From: Candidatus Woesearchaeota archaeon
GTDB lineage: Archaea; Nanobdellota; Nanobdellia; UBA10117
Reading direction: 5' to 3'
Length of the DNA: 64,000 nucleotides
Assembly (NCBI GenBank): GCA_964354105.1
Contig: CAYGXM010000004.1
Location: 5,193-69,192, forward strand
Shown in pieces: positions 1-8,581 of the stretch. Position numbers and translations under genes: made by a program. The stretch's first letter is position 1. The number at the start of each line of letters is the position of its first letter. Under the pieces are notes generated by a model. That model worked only from the letters and a program-made list of their open reading frames with translations, ran no database searches and was not told the DNA's origin.

Positions 1-1050
1 ATCAGGAAAGATGAAAGAGCGCCAACAGGCTATGAAATGCAAGTTGATTCGCTTGAAATTATTGGCCTAGCTGAAAGATTCCCTATTACAAAAGATTTAT
101 CTGAGGAATTTCTGCGAGATGTGCGGCATTTGTGGATAAGAAGCAGAAAACTGACAACTGTATTGCGAGTTCGCAGCGAAATCCTCCAAGCGATTCGTGA
201 TTTCTACCATAAAGAAGGCTATACTGAATATCAATCGCCAATATTAACAACACAAGCCTGCGAAGGTGGCTCAACTTTGTTTGAAGTCAAAGGCTTTCCT
301 GGCAAAAAAGTTTACCTATCTCAAAGCTGGCAATTGCATGCTGAAGCAGGAATCTTTGCTTTGGAAAAGATTTACACAATTGCTCCAATGTTCAGGGCTG
401 AAAAATCAAGGACAACAAGGCACTTAGCAGAGGCCTGGCTGGCTGAAATGGAAGCTGCGTGGATGGGCTTTGATGAATTATTGAAACATGAAGAGGATTT
501 GATTATTTATGTTATACAACACGTTCTCAAAACCTGCAAGAAAGAAATGAAAGAGCTTGGCAGAGACACAACAGATTTAGAAAAACTAAAAGCACCTTTT
601 GCCAGAATAAAATATGCTGATGCTGTCAAAAAGCTGGGAAAGAAATGGGGTTATGATCTAACAGATAAAGATGAGCGCGAGTTAGTTACACAATTTGGCA
701 AGCCAGTTTTCCTGACACACTTCCCAAGAGAAATGAAAGCATTCTACATGAAGCCAGACCCAAAAGATCCCAAGACTGTTTTGGGAGCAGACTTGCTGGC
801 TCCTGGAATAGGCGAGATTACGGGCGGAAGCGAAAGAATTGCAGATGAGAAAGAGCTCCTGAAATCAATGAAAATCTACAAACTAAAGCCAGAAGACTAT
901 GGCTGGTACATGGACCTGCGCAAATTTGGTTCTATCCCTCATAGTGGAATGGGCTTAGGCATAGAACGTTTGGTGATGTGGCTGACAGGGATGCAACACA
1001 TCATGGATACCATTCCATTCCCAAGGACTATGTATAGGTTATCACCATGA
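1..1050 (+). CDS. asnS: asparaginyl-tRNA synthetase (class II), 5'-truncated at window edge
   Basis: Frame 1 is open from nt 1 (IRKDERAPTGYEMQV...), so the gene starts upstream of the window. Class II motifs 'FRAEKSRTTRHLAEAWLAEMEAAW', 'GGSERI' and the C-terminal 'YGWYMDLRKFGSIPHSGMGLGIERLVMWLTG...IPFPR' are typical of AsnRS rather than AspRS. Confidence 0.85.
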   Translation: MRKDERAPTGYEMQVDSLEIIGLAERFPITKDLSEEFLRDVRHLWIRSRKLTTVLRVRSEILQAIRDFYHKEGYTEYQSPILTTQACEGGSTLFEVKGFPGKKVYLSQSWQLHAEAGIFALEKIYTIAPMFRAEKSRTTRHLAEAWLAEMEAAWMGFDELLKHEEDLIIYVIQHVLKTCKKEMKELGRDTTDLEKLKAPFARIKYADAVKKLGKKWGYDLTDKDERELVTQFGKPVFLTHFPREMKAFYMKPDPKDPKTVLGADLLAPGIGEITGGSERIADEKELLKSMKIYKLKPEDYGWYMDLRKFGSIPHSGMGLGIERLVMWLTGMQHIMDTIPFPRTMYRLSP

Positions 1051-1511
1051 TTAACATCAGATTTGCCAAACCAGGCGAAATTAAGATAGTTAAGAAAATA
1101 TATGGAAATAGTTTTAGTGCAGATAAAGGAACAAAGCCTTTCAATTATTTCATAAAGTTCTTAACCGAAGATAGAATAAAGCAAAAAGAGATTATCTTAG
1201 CATTTGATGGGAAAAAGCCAGTAGGTTTTTGCTCATTTTATCACAAGCCAATCATTCTTACGCTCGCAGCGTATTTGGATGATATTGCGATTGTAAAAGA
1301 CTACCAACGCAAAGGTATTGGCGAACTTTTGATGAATAAACTTCTCAACGTGCTAAAAGCTAAAGGCGTACGAAGAGTCTTCTCGGATACTTGGCCTGGA
1401 AATGACGCTTCGATACAATTACACAAGAAAATGGGCTTCAAATACTGTGGTAAGATAACTAAATCTGATGGCGAAAACGCGGATTTCATCTTTTTCTCAA
1501 GAAAACCTTAG
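1047..1511 (+). CDS. GNAT-family N-acetyltransferase
   Basis: 154 aa. Acetyl-CoA binding motif A 'QRKGIGELLMNKLL'. ATGA start/stop overlap with asnS. Confidence 0.75.
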   Translation: MINIRFAKPGEIKIVKKIYGNSFSADKGTKPFNYFIKFLTEDRIKQKEIILAFDGKKPVGFCSFYHKPIILTLAAYLDDIAIVKDYQRKGIGELLMNKLLNVLKAKGVRRVFSDTWPGNDASIQLHKKMGFKYCGKITKSDGENADFIFFSRKP

Positions 1512-2326
1512 AACTTTTCAATTATTTTTTTCATCGATAGCGCATCTTGTTCTAGCAATGGAGTCTCAGAGATAAGTGTTATGTTTGTTTTTCTTTTTAC
1601 TAGCAATTTTGCCAGCTCTGCAAAATCTGGATGCTTTTCTGCTATTGGCGTATGAACATCAACCCATTGTTTTGATGCTGATGAGAACTTTACAGAATTA
1701 AAATGTGAATTTATGTGTTCTATGTGTAAAGATTTCATATGCTCTAGGATAGCTTCATAATCAATTTTGCCTTGCTCTCTTACATAAAGATGGCCCCAAT
1801 CCAGATATGGAATTACTCTTGAGCCAAACTTCTTGCGCAGGGCAGAAATCTCATCAAGGCTCCCCCATTGTGAAGCTTTTCCCATAGTTTCATATCCTAA
1901 TTTAACTTTCTTAATACCTAATTTGTCAGCTTTTTCTAAAATCTCTTTTGTAACATCTTCCATCTGCTTTTGTGCTTCCTCTTTTGATAACTTGCCGTAA
2001 TAAGCAGCATGAACAGCAATTGCATCAGCACCCATTCTCTCAGCCCTGTCTAAAGTATCAATAACTCTTTGGATAGATGCATGAACTATCGATTTCTTGT
2101 CAGAAAGCTGGTTTATGTAGTAAGGCGCATGTGCAGAAAGCCTAATTCCCAGCTCTTTGGCAACTTTGCCAACCTCTTCAGCCAGTTCTTTGCTCATATT
2201 TACACCCCTGACAAATTCAACCTCCATCGCATTCAGGCCCATTTTCTTGCAGTGTTTAATTCCGCCAATTGTAGATCTTTCAGAAGAAGTAAAGGGAACC
2301 CCGCCAGGGCCTATGAATATAGCCAT
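1508..2326 (-). CDS. endonuclease IV-like / AP endonuclease family 2 (xylose-isomerase-like TIM barrel)
   Basis: 272 aa. 'LSAHAPYYINQLS', 'AIAVHAAYYG' and 'KLGYETMG' resemble the metal-ligand blocks of Nfo-type AP endonucleases. Confidence 0.55.
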   Translation of the reverse strand: MAIFIGPGGVPFTSSERSTIGGIKHCKKMGLNAMEVEFVRGVNMSKELAEEVGKVAKELGIRLSAHAPYYINQLSDKKSIVHASIQRVIDTLDRAERMGADAIAVHAAYYGKLSKEEAQKQMEDVTKEILEKADKLGIKKVKLGYETMGKASQWGSLDEISALRKKFGSRVIPYLDWGHLYVREQGKIDYEAILEHMKSLHIEHINSHFNSVKFSSASKQWVDVHTPIAEKHPDFAELAKLLVKRKTNITLISETPLLEQDALSMKKIIEKF

Positions 2327-2359
2327 ACCAAAGATTAATAATTATAGATATTAAACTTA

Positions 2360-3043
2360 TTGCTGGCCATGGGCAAGCTCAAAGAAATAAAAACTCCGCC
2401 GCTTAGTGACCCTCTGCTTGCATATGAAACTGGCGTTCATATTGGTGATGGCACTCTTGGGCATTACAAAACCAAACACGATTACAGAATAGCATATTAT
2501 GGTAATTTAGCAACAGATTACGAGTTCTTTGCTAAAATTTTGCCCGACATAATCTATAAGTTATATGGACTCAAACCTACAATAACTAAACGATTGAATA
2601 GAACCTCTATAGAGCTAAGCATTCGCAGTAAAATGCTTTTTGAATTCAAGAAAGATCTTGGCTTACCAGTAGGAAATAAAAATATAATGCTAAATTTACC
2701 CAAAAAGTTGGTCTCTATTGGTGAAGGTAGCGTCAGAAATATTATTGCGGGTTTGTTTGATACAGATGGTTGTTTTAAAGTAACAAAACAGGCAGGTAAA
2801 CCTTACCCAAAAATAACAATTGCTAACAAAAGCGCTATTTTAACTGAGGTCAAACAACTTCTGCTAGAGCGTTGTATTGGCTGTAATTTATCTATAGATA
2901 GAATAACAAAAGTCAATAAGCTTGATATAAATGGGATTAAAAACACAGATTTATTCTTCCAGATAATACCTTCCAAGAATATTAAGCATTTAAATAGGTA
3001 TAAAAACTGGAAACTTAACGGGCGCTTAGCTCAGTCAGGATAG
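2360..3043 (+). CDS. free-standing LAGLIDADG-type homing-endonuclease-like protein
   Basis: Two LAGLIDADG-like motifs: 'GVHIGDGTLG' and 'IIAGLFDTDGCF'. The track start at 2360 is TTG; the first ATG is at 2369. The last 24 nt and the stop codon lie inside tRNA-Arg. Confidence 0.6.
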   Translation: MLAMGKLKEIKTPPLSDPLLAYETGVHIGDGTLGHYKTKHDYRIAYYGNLATDYEFFAKILPDIIYKLYGLKPTITKRLNRTSIELSIRSKMLFEFKKDLGLPVGNKNIMLNLPKKLVSIGEGSVRNIIAGLFDTDGCFKVTKQAGKPYPKITIANKSAILTEVKQLLLERCIGCNLSIDRITKVNKLDINGIKNTDLFFQIIPSKNIKHLNRYKNWKLNGRLAQSG

Positions 3044-3109
3044 AGCGGTTGGCTTCGGCTCTTCAGAGAAGACACCAACAGGTCGGGGGTTCAAATCCTT
3101 CAGCGCCCG
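3020..3109 (+). tRNA. tRNA-Arg(TCG) with 15-nt canonical (37/38) intron
   Basis: Acceptor GGGCGCT/AGCGCCC plus G73. D-arm GCTC..GAGC. Anticodon stem GTTGG/CCAAC. Loop CTTCGG|intron 3059-3073|A. T-arm GGGGG-TTCAAAT-CCTTC. Confidence 0.85.
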
Positions 3110-3148
3110 CTTGATAAATCTTAATAGCTTATTTGCTCATAAATTAAT

Positions 3149-4189
3149 ATGAACTTCGATGCTAAATACAAATCCTTAATGAAGGACGTTGAAGCCAAAA
3201 TCGTTGAATTTTTCGAGCGCGAACGACAAACCAATGTCAACAAAACCTCAATCGATAGCATTAAAGAGTTCTCCTTGCGGGGCGGCAAAAGATTAAGACC
3301 TATTGCGATCATCGAAGGCTACAAGGCTTGCGGCGGCAAAGATGTTGAAGAAGTAACAAAAGCCTCAATTTCTCTGGAGCTTTTGCATAACTATTTCTTA
3401 ATGCATGATGACGTAATGGATGAGGATCCAATTAGACGAAATAAGCCAACAGTTCATAAAAAATATGAAGAGCTATTTATTCAAAAATATAATGCTCCTA
3501 AGAAACTTGCTAAAAAAGAGGGAGAAAATTTTGCCATAACTGACGGCGATATTACTTCTGCGCTGGCCAGAAAAGCTATTCTTAATTCGCGCTTTCCAGT
3601 AGAAACAAAATGCGCTGCATTAGAGGAATTAGTAGACATTGAATTAAGAACGGCATACGGACAAACCCTTGATGAATCTTCAAAACTTAAGCCTGTTGGT
3701 GTAAATAGCGTATTAGACATACACCTATACAAAACAGCGTGGTATACTTTAGCGGGACCGCTTAGAATTGGCGCTATTTTTGCAAATGCAACTGAAAACC
3801 AAATTGCATCACTAACAGATTACGGGATTAATGCAGGATTAGCATTCCAGATTAAAGATGACATGATGGGTGTCCTGTCGCCAAAAGAATTATGCAAGGC
3901 TAAAAATGATGTTTCTGAAGGCAAAACAACAATGCCTTTGGCATTTCTTTATACTTGTGGGACCTGTAAGCAAATAGATATAGTCCAGAGCTACAGAGGC
4001 AAACCTATGACTGAGGAAGATACTGAAAAAGTCATCTCAATTCTTACTGAATCTGGTGCGTTAGAAAATTGTGAAGAATTAGCCAACAAATACACCACGA
4101 AGGCCAAAAAAGCCTTAGATAAAGCTAATCTGGCAAATAAGGAATTCTTGTATAGTTTAGCTGATTTTGCATCAAAGCGCAGTCGCTAG
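3149..4189 (+). CDS. idsA: geranylgeranyl diphosphate synthase (trans-polyprenyl synthetase)
   Basis: First Asp-rich motif 'LMHDDVMDED' and second 'FQIKDDMMG'. 346 aa. Confidence 0.85.
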   Translation: MNFDAKYKSLMKDVEAKIVEFFERERQTNVNKTSIDSIKEFSLRGGKRLRPIAIIEGYKACGGKDVEEVTKASISLELLHNYFLMHDDVMDEDPIRRNKPTVHKKYEELFIQKYNAPKKLAKKEGENFAITDGDITSALARKAILNSRFPVETKCAALEELVDIELRTAYGQTLDESSKLKPVGVNSVLDIHLYKTAWYTLAGPLRIGAIFANATENQIASLTDYGINAGLAFQIKDDMMGVLSPKELCKAKNDVSEGKTTMPLAFLYTCGTCKQIDIVQSYRGKPMTEEDTEKVISILTESGALENCEELANKYTTKAKKALDKANLANKEFLYSLADFASKRSR

Positions 4190-4276
4190 TTGCTAACTGA
4201 AAACAGCGATTTTCAGTGGCACAATTGAAAGCTCTGCTTTCAATATGTTTTTAAATCAAAATTTCAGCTTTATTTT

Positions 4277-4472
4277 GCTCCCGTCGTCTAGCCCGGTTAT
4301 CAGCAGGCAAGAGCCTGGCTCTGCTTGCGCAGACCGAGAGGATCGCGGATTCTCACGCGCTGAAACTCGGCGAGTTTCGCTGGGTTCCGCTGGAAACATC
4401 CGCTGGCACGAGTTCAAACAGAGCGAAACTAGTTTCGCTAGTTTCTCTGCTGAGGAAATCTCGTCGGGAGCA
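4277..4472 (+). tRNA. tRNA-Glu(CTC) interrupted three times (D-loop, 37/38, T-loop)
   Basis: Acceptor GCTCCCG/CGGGAGC plus A73. D-stem GTCT(4286-89)/GGAT(4340-43), giving the U13-G22 pair typical of tRNA-Glu. Anticodon stem GCGGA(4345-49)/TCCGC(4399-4403). Loop TTCTCA|...|A. T-stem ACGAG(4408-12)/CTCGT(4460-64), with TTCAAAT split. Removing about 39, 42 and 40 nt leaves 75 nt. Exact junctions are uncertain. Confidence 0.7.
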
Positions 4473-4504
4473 TTTATACTAACATTTTTAGCAGAAAATA
4501 AAAA

Positions 4505-5110
4505 CTATTGAGCTGGAGAATTTCTAATTAATTCCTTGGCTATATCTTTCTTAAGCAAAACTATTTGGTCTTCATACTTTTGCCCGGTAGGCTTCAAACC
4601 AAACTTTTCAAACAGGCGGCTCTCATAATTACTCCTGCCCATCGCCTGCGTACTTTCTAGTAACGGCGGAATAAAATCCCAAGTCGTATTATCCCATATT
4701 TGCTTCACCTTATCAGCATACATAATATCTAAAAATTTCTGTTTTTCAGGATCTGTAATAGATTGTGCATTCTTTGTGCATCGGGCATAGTCGTTAGCTA
4801 GTTCTACACATTTCTCTATAGTTTCCTGCGGCAAATTAATTGTGCCATATCCGCAAATCTCGCCTTTCTTGTAAATCTTAATCTTCCCTTCCAAATTTAA
4901 AAGAACAAAGGCCAGTTTGTCAAAATATTGTGTGTAGTATTGGGTTTTAAGCGGTTCTGCATAAGGTAATCTTGGAATCAGGCTTGCAAATCCTTCTTTT
5001 GCAATAATATCGTAATCATTCTGTCTAACAAAAATCTGCCCTACGTCTTTAAATTCGCTTAAAACGGAATCCAAAGTAGATACCTTAGCTGTCACAGCCT
5101 TCGCTTTCAT
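4505..5110 (-). CDS. hypothetical protein
   Basis: 201-aa ORF with an ATG start and no recognisable motif. Confidence 0.45.
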   Translation of the reverse strand: MKAKAVTAKVSTLDSVLSEFKDVGQIFVRQNDYDIIAKEGFASLIPRLPYAEPLKTQYYTQYFDKLAFVLLNLEGKIKIYKKGEICGYGTINLPQETIEKCVELANDYARCTKNAQSITDPEKQKFLDIMYADKVKQIWDNTTWDFIPPLLESTQAMGRSNYESRLFEKFGLKPTGQKYEDQIVLLKKDIAKELIRNSPAQ

Positions 5111-5200
5111 AATGGTAAAATTCTTGTTTGCTTTATAAGAATTTGTTCAGAAAAGCATACGGCATTTCTGGGCATCAGCTGAATTCTTTCAGCTTTATGT

Positions 5201-7378
5201 TCAGAACACTACACAATTGTAGCCTGCTGCCTGCCAAACTTCCTTGTACAAGTCTAAATCGATTTGGCCCAAGGCAGCATCGAATCTGCCTATAGTTCCT
5301 TCTCCAGCATTTTCAGGATTGGTCTTGATGAACTTTTCCAGATAGTAGGTTTTGTTAGGCTCGTTTTCGCCTAATCTGTGCCACTTTTTATCCTTGCAGT
5401 AAACAGCGTAGGCGGTCTCTCCTAATTTCAAGCCGAGCTGGCGGATTATCTGCTGCCTCAGCGTTTCTTCAGATTGTATTGATAGGTGCTCTTTATGCTT
5501 TGCAACTTTATACGCCAAATCCCTGTCAGAAACATTCCCGTTAGCAAGCTTAAGCAGTTTTTCTTTGTAGATAGCTCGAGCTTTTTCTGCCCCATAATCA
5601 AAAGCATCTAAAATTAAGCTTCGACTGGTTTCCCGCTCGAAGTCAGAGCGCAAACCATATCTGCCTTTAATGTCCACACCTTCAGAGAATAGCACGTCAT
5701 CAAGACGCCAGGCTATTTTGTTTATGCCGATAGAAAGCGCGCTGTCCGCAATCCCATAAAAAATACCAAATTCTTTGTCCAAATTGAATTGTTCCAGCGA
5801 AAGGTTATTCCTTTTAAGATAAAGGAATCTTGGCCCTATATTAATAACAGACGTATAATTGTTCATTAGGAAATCAGAAAGCTGCTTAAGTTTCGAATAA
5901 ATATTGCTACGCTCTGCTTCTGGAGTAAGTCCGTAGCGCCACTTGAAGTATTTGTCATTTTGCTGTAAATTATAGAGCTGTTCTGTGCATAAAGCATCCA
6001 AAAATTCAGCTCTTATTGTTCTTGTTTTGGGATCGCCTGTTTGAAGCATTTGCTCCAAGTTATTAATGCCTGCCAAGCCTTTAGGGGCCATTATAACTGG
6101 ATAAAATACCATTACATTTTTAATCAGACCGAACCGTGGCTCGAGTTTTAAATTGTCGCTTAGCAGCGTCATTTTTTCATCGGAGAAGCTGAAGTCTTGC
6201 CATTCTTCCCTTGTCTCCTCTTTGTGTTTGATTTGTTTTTTGAACCTCAGCGCCGGCGGACTTCTGTATGTTTTTAATACACCCCAGTACTCTACTGACC
6301 TTCTCTGCTGGGCCAAAGTCCGTTTAGAGACTGCGACCATATTGCCTAAAGATTTGCCAAAATAAATCGCGAATGGGGCGACTGCTTCGGCTTCCTTTTC
6401 CCCATTTCTCATTGCAATTTCAGAATCTACTCCGCAATAATTTCCAACAATTCTGTTGTTCTCAGGACTAGGATGGTTAATCGACCACTCTAACTCTTTC
6501 TCATGAAGAACTTTCTTCAGCTCCTCCTTCCAGAATCTTGACAAATCGTCTAAAGTATCAGATGCATTCGGCGTCAAAAGTTGGGAAAACTTGCAATTGT
6601 CTACAAAATCTATTTCTGGATGCCATACTCTCCTTACAAAACCAGAGCCGCGAACATGAGGCTCTATGCCGTCTAAACCTGTAAGTAATTTTTCAGAATT
6701 CTTTGTCTTTGTTGCCCTCAATTCAGAAACATCAAAGGGCGCATTATGTATGAAAACTGTGTTGTAAGGCTCAAGGGCTTTTGAAATTGATGTTGTTACT
6801 TCTTGTTCGCTTCCAACTTTATACACTTGAGTGCCTTCTAGATCTTCAGGTGCATTTTCTTCCAATACAAAAAGTTCCTTTTTAGAAGGTGAGGCTAATG
6901 AGCACATGGCTATTTCACCATAAATATCGCTGCCTTTTGCTTTCTTTTCGATGTCAATTGCGCAATACCTGCCTAGAATCTCCTGCGGCCTTGCCAGGCC
7001 GACTATAATTGGCTGGCTGTTATCAAACTCCAAAAGTGAATATACTGGAAAACGCAGAGCAACCATCTCCGGCTTGCTCGTGTTCAGCGATTCTTTGAAA
7101 AATTTGTGCCAGTGAACGCTAAGCCCTTTTTCAATTTCAGACCCACCCTTAACATGGAGAGTATATTTGTATTCAGACTTCTCGATTTTGCTTTCCAGAC
7201 CCAAACTCTGCAGAAGTTCTTGCTTCAGCTGGGTTATGGCTTCAAAATTGTCCCTTGCTGAAGCGAAAATATATTTTGCAGCTACAGAATGCATTTGTTT
7301 TTCGCCATTTTTCGTTGTGTAAAAATTTACAATATCCCTATGGCTGTCAACTCTAACGCCTCTAAGTATTTCAGACAT
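5201..7378 (-). CDS. family B DNA polymerase homolog with substituted polymerase catalytic residues
   Basis: Exo I 'AIDIE' (D142/E144), Exo II 'HNAPFDVSEL', Exo III 'NYCGVDSEIA'. Motif-A-like 'NVMVFYPVIM' (N where DxxSLYPSI has D). Motif-C-like 'FYGIADSAL' (YGDTDS with the first D replaced by I). Motif order and spacing fit an approximately 750-aa archaeal PolB. Confidence 0.65.
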   Translation of the reverse strand: MSEILRGVRVDSHRDIVNFYTTKNGEKQMHSVAAKYIFASARDNFEAITQLKQELLQSLGLESKIEKSEYKYTLHVKGGSEIEKGLSVHWHKFFKESLNTSKPEMVALRFPVYSLLEFDNSQPIIVGLARPQEILGRYCAIDIEKKAKGSDIYGEIAMCSLASPSKKELFVLEENAPEDLEGTQVYKVGSEQEVTTSISKALEPYNTVFIHNAPFDVSELRATKTKNSEKLLTGLDGIEPHVRGSGFVRRVWHPEIDFVDNCKFSQLLTPNASDTLDDLSRFWKEELKKVLHEKELEWSINHPSPENNRIVGNYCGVDSEIAMRNGEKEAEAVAPFAIYFGKSLGNMVAVSKRTLAQQRRSVEYWGVLKTYRSPPALRFKKQIKHKEETREEWQDFSFSDEKMTLLSDNLKLEPRFGLIKNVMVFYPVIMAPKGLAGINNLEQMLQTGDPKTRTIRAEFLDALCTEQLYNLQQNDKYFKWRYGLTPEAERSNIYSKLKQLSDFLMNNYTSVINIGPRFLYLKRNNLSLEQFNLDKEFGIFYGIADSALSIGINKIAWRLDDVLFSEGVDIKGRYGLRSDFERETSRSLILDAFDYGAEKARAIYKEKLLKLANGNVSDRDLAYKVAKHKEHLSIQSEETLRQQIIRQLGLKLGETAYAVYCKDKKWHRLGENEPNKTYYLEKFIKTNPENAGEGTIGRFDAALGQIDLDLYKEVWQAAGYNCVVF

Positions 7379-7429
7379 GACATAAAGCCAAAAGAAAGGA
7401 ATTTAAGACTTTACACGTTCTAGTGAAAA

Positions 7430-8581
7430 ATGCCGTATGTTCCAGACAAGCTAGTATCACCACTCAGCACGCCACCTACAGCATATATAACAAATACAGA
7501 TGAAAGCTGGCGCCCTGAAGGGAGGGGCAAATATTCTGCAGCTAATCTGCAGGAGATTTGGAACCGCATTAAAGTGGACTTGCATAACGCGCGAAGATTG
7601 GGCAGGGCGCACAGGCACAGCGTACATAATGCCTTCTGCTCAGAGGAAATCAAACGTAATGCTGACTTGCTTAGAACAGAGCACAAGAATGTTTTCATCA
7701 CATCATTGTCAGCTGATTTTACGCCAATAGATGAGCGCCTGAAATTTTATCCTGCGCATCCGACTGGCTGGGACCCTTTCTGTAATCTGGCAAAAGTTAA
7801 CGAAGAGATTGGCGATGCTATCCAGAAATATTCCGTCAAGTTCAAGGAAAAATATCACCAAAAACCAAAGTTAAAACATGTATTCTGGCCGATTTGTCCT
7901 TACCTTTTCGGTTATTGCTTCGAAGAGAGAGGCAATAAGATGGTTGTAAACCACATTTTCCCTGAAACAATAGACCGCACAAATGGCTTGATGACTGAAC
8001 ATGGCTACAGATGCTATGGTTCTTCAGAGAAAGAAGTTGGTTCTAACGAGCCGCAATTAGGGAATTTTGAGTGGTCTGAACTTTTAGTTTCGCCAGAAGC
8101 TGCAAAAAGGTCTAAAATCGGAATAATCCCCGGCAGAGGCTACGACTTGCGTTTTGTCTATAATTCAATTCCTTACATTTTGGATGCTGATGCAAGAGAA
8201 AAACTGGAAGTTTACAAAGCACAACACAAAATTGAACCTGGTGTTGCAAACATATTGGATATAGACTTTGCTAAAAAATTAAATTATGATAAAGTTTATG
8301 ACCAAGTCATAGACTGGTCTACTTTCATTAACAGGAATATTATTGCGAACTTTTTAGAAGACAGGATTTTGCAGCCTTTACAAATCAAAAAATTAGAAAT
8401 TATTGCGGAGAAATCCGGCTATGTAAAAGATATTACAAACTTTTACAGCTCAGGCTATTCACTTGACTGGTGGGATGTCATGGAAAATGCCGTAATGCCG
8501 CGCGATGGCATTGCCAACAAGTCTGCAATTAACAGGATAATGGGGGTGGTTTGGAATGATTGGCGAAGCTGGCTCGTCTGA
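7430..8581 (+). CDS. hypothetical protein
   Basis: 383-aa ORF, divergent from the PolB-like gene with a 51-nt intergenic spacer. No confident motif. Confidence 0.45.
   Translation: MPYVPDKLVSPLSTPPTAYITNTDESWRPEGRGKYSAANLQEIWNRIKVDLHNARRLGRAHRHSVHNAFCSEEIKRNADLLRTEHKNVFITSLSADFTPIDERLKFYPAHPTGWDPFCNLAKVNEEIGDAIQKYSVKFKEKYHQKPKLKHVFWPICPYLFGYCFEERGNKMVVNHIFPETIDRTNGLMTEHGYRCYGSSEKEVGSNEPQLGNFEWSELLVSPEAAKRSKIGIIPGRGYDLRFVYNSIPYILDADAREKLEVYKAQHKIEPGVANILDIDFAKKLNYDKVYDQVIDWSTFINRNIIANFLEDRILQPLQIKKLEIIAEKSGYVKDITNFYSSGYSLDWWDVMENAVMPRDGIANKSAINRIMGVVWNDWRSWLV

Noticed and set aside
4245-4511. 88-aa ORF from the track
   Set aside because: It is entirely superimposed on the tRNA-Glu locus and its insertions. 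The GC-rich structured RNA explains the open frame.
7430-8581. Archaeo-eukaryotic primase (AEP) call based on 'ILDIDF', 'LDADA' and 'PGRGYDL' strings
   Set aside because: The sGxGxH-like string precedes the DxD-like strings and lacks the His, so the motif order does not match AEPs. The evidence is too weak without a profile search.
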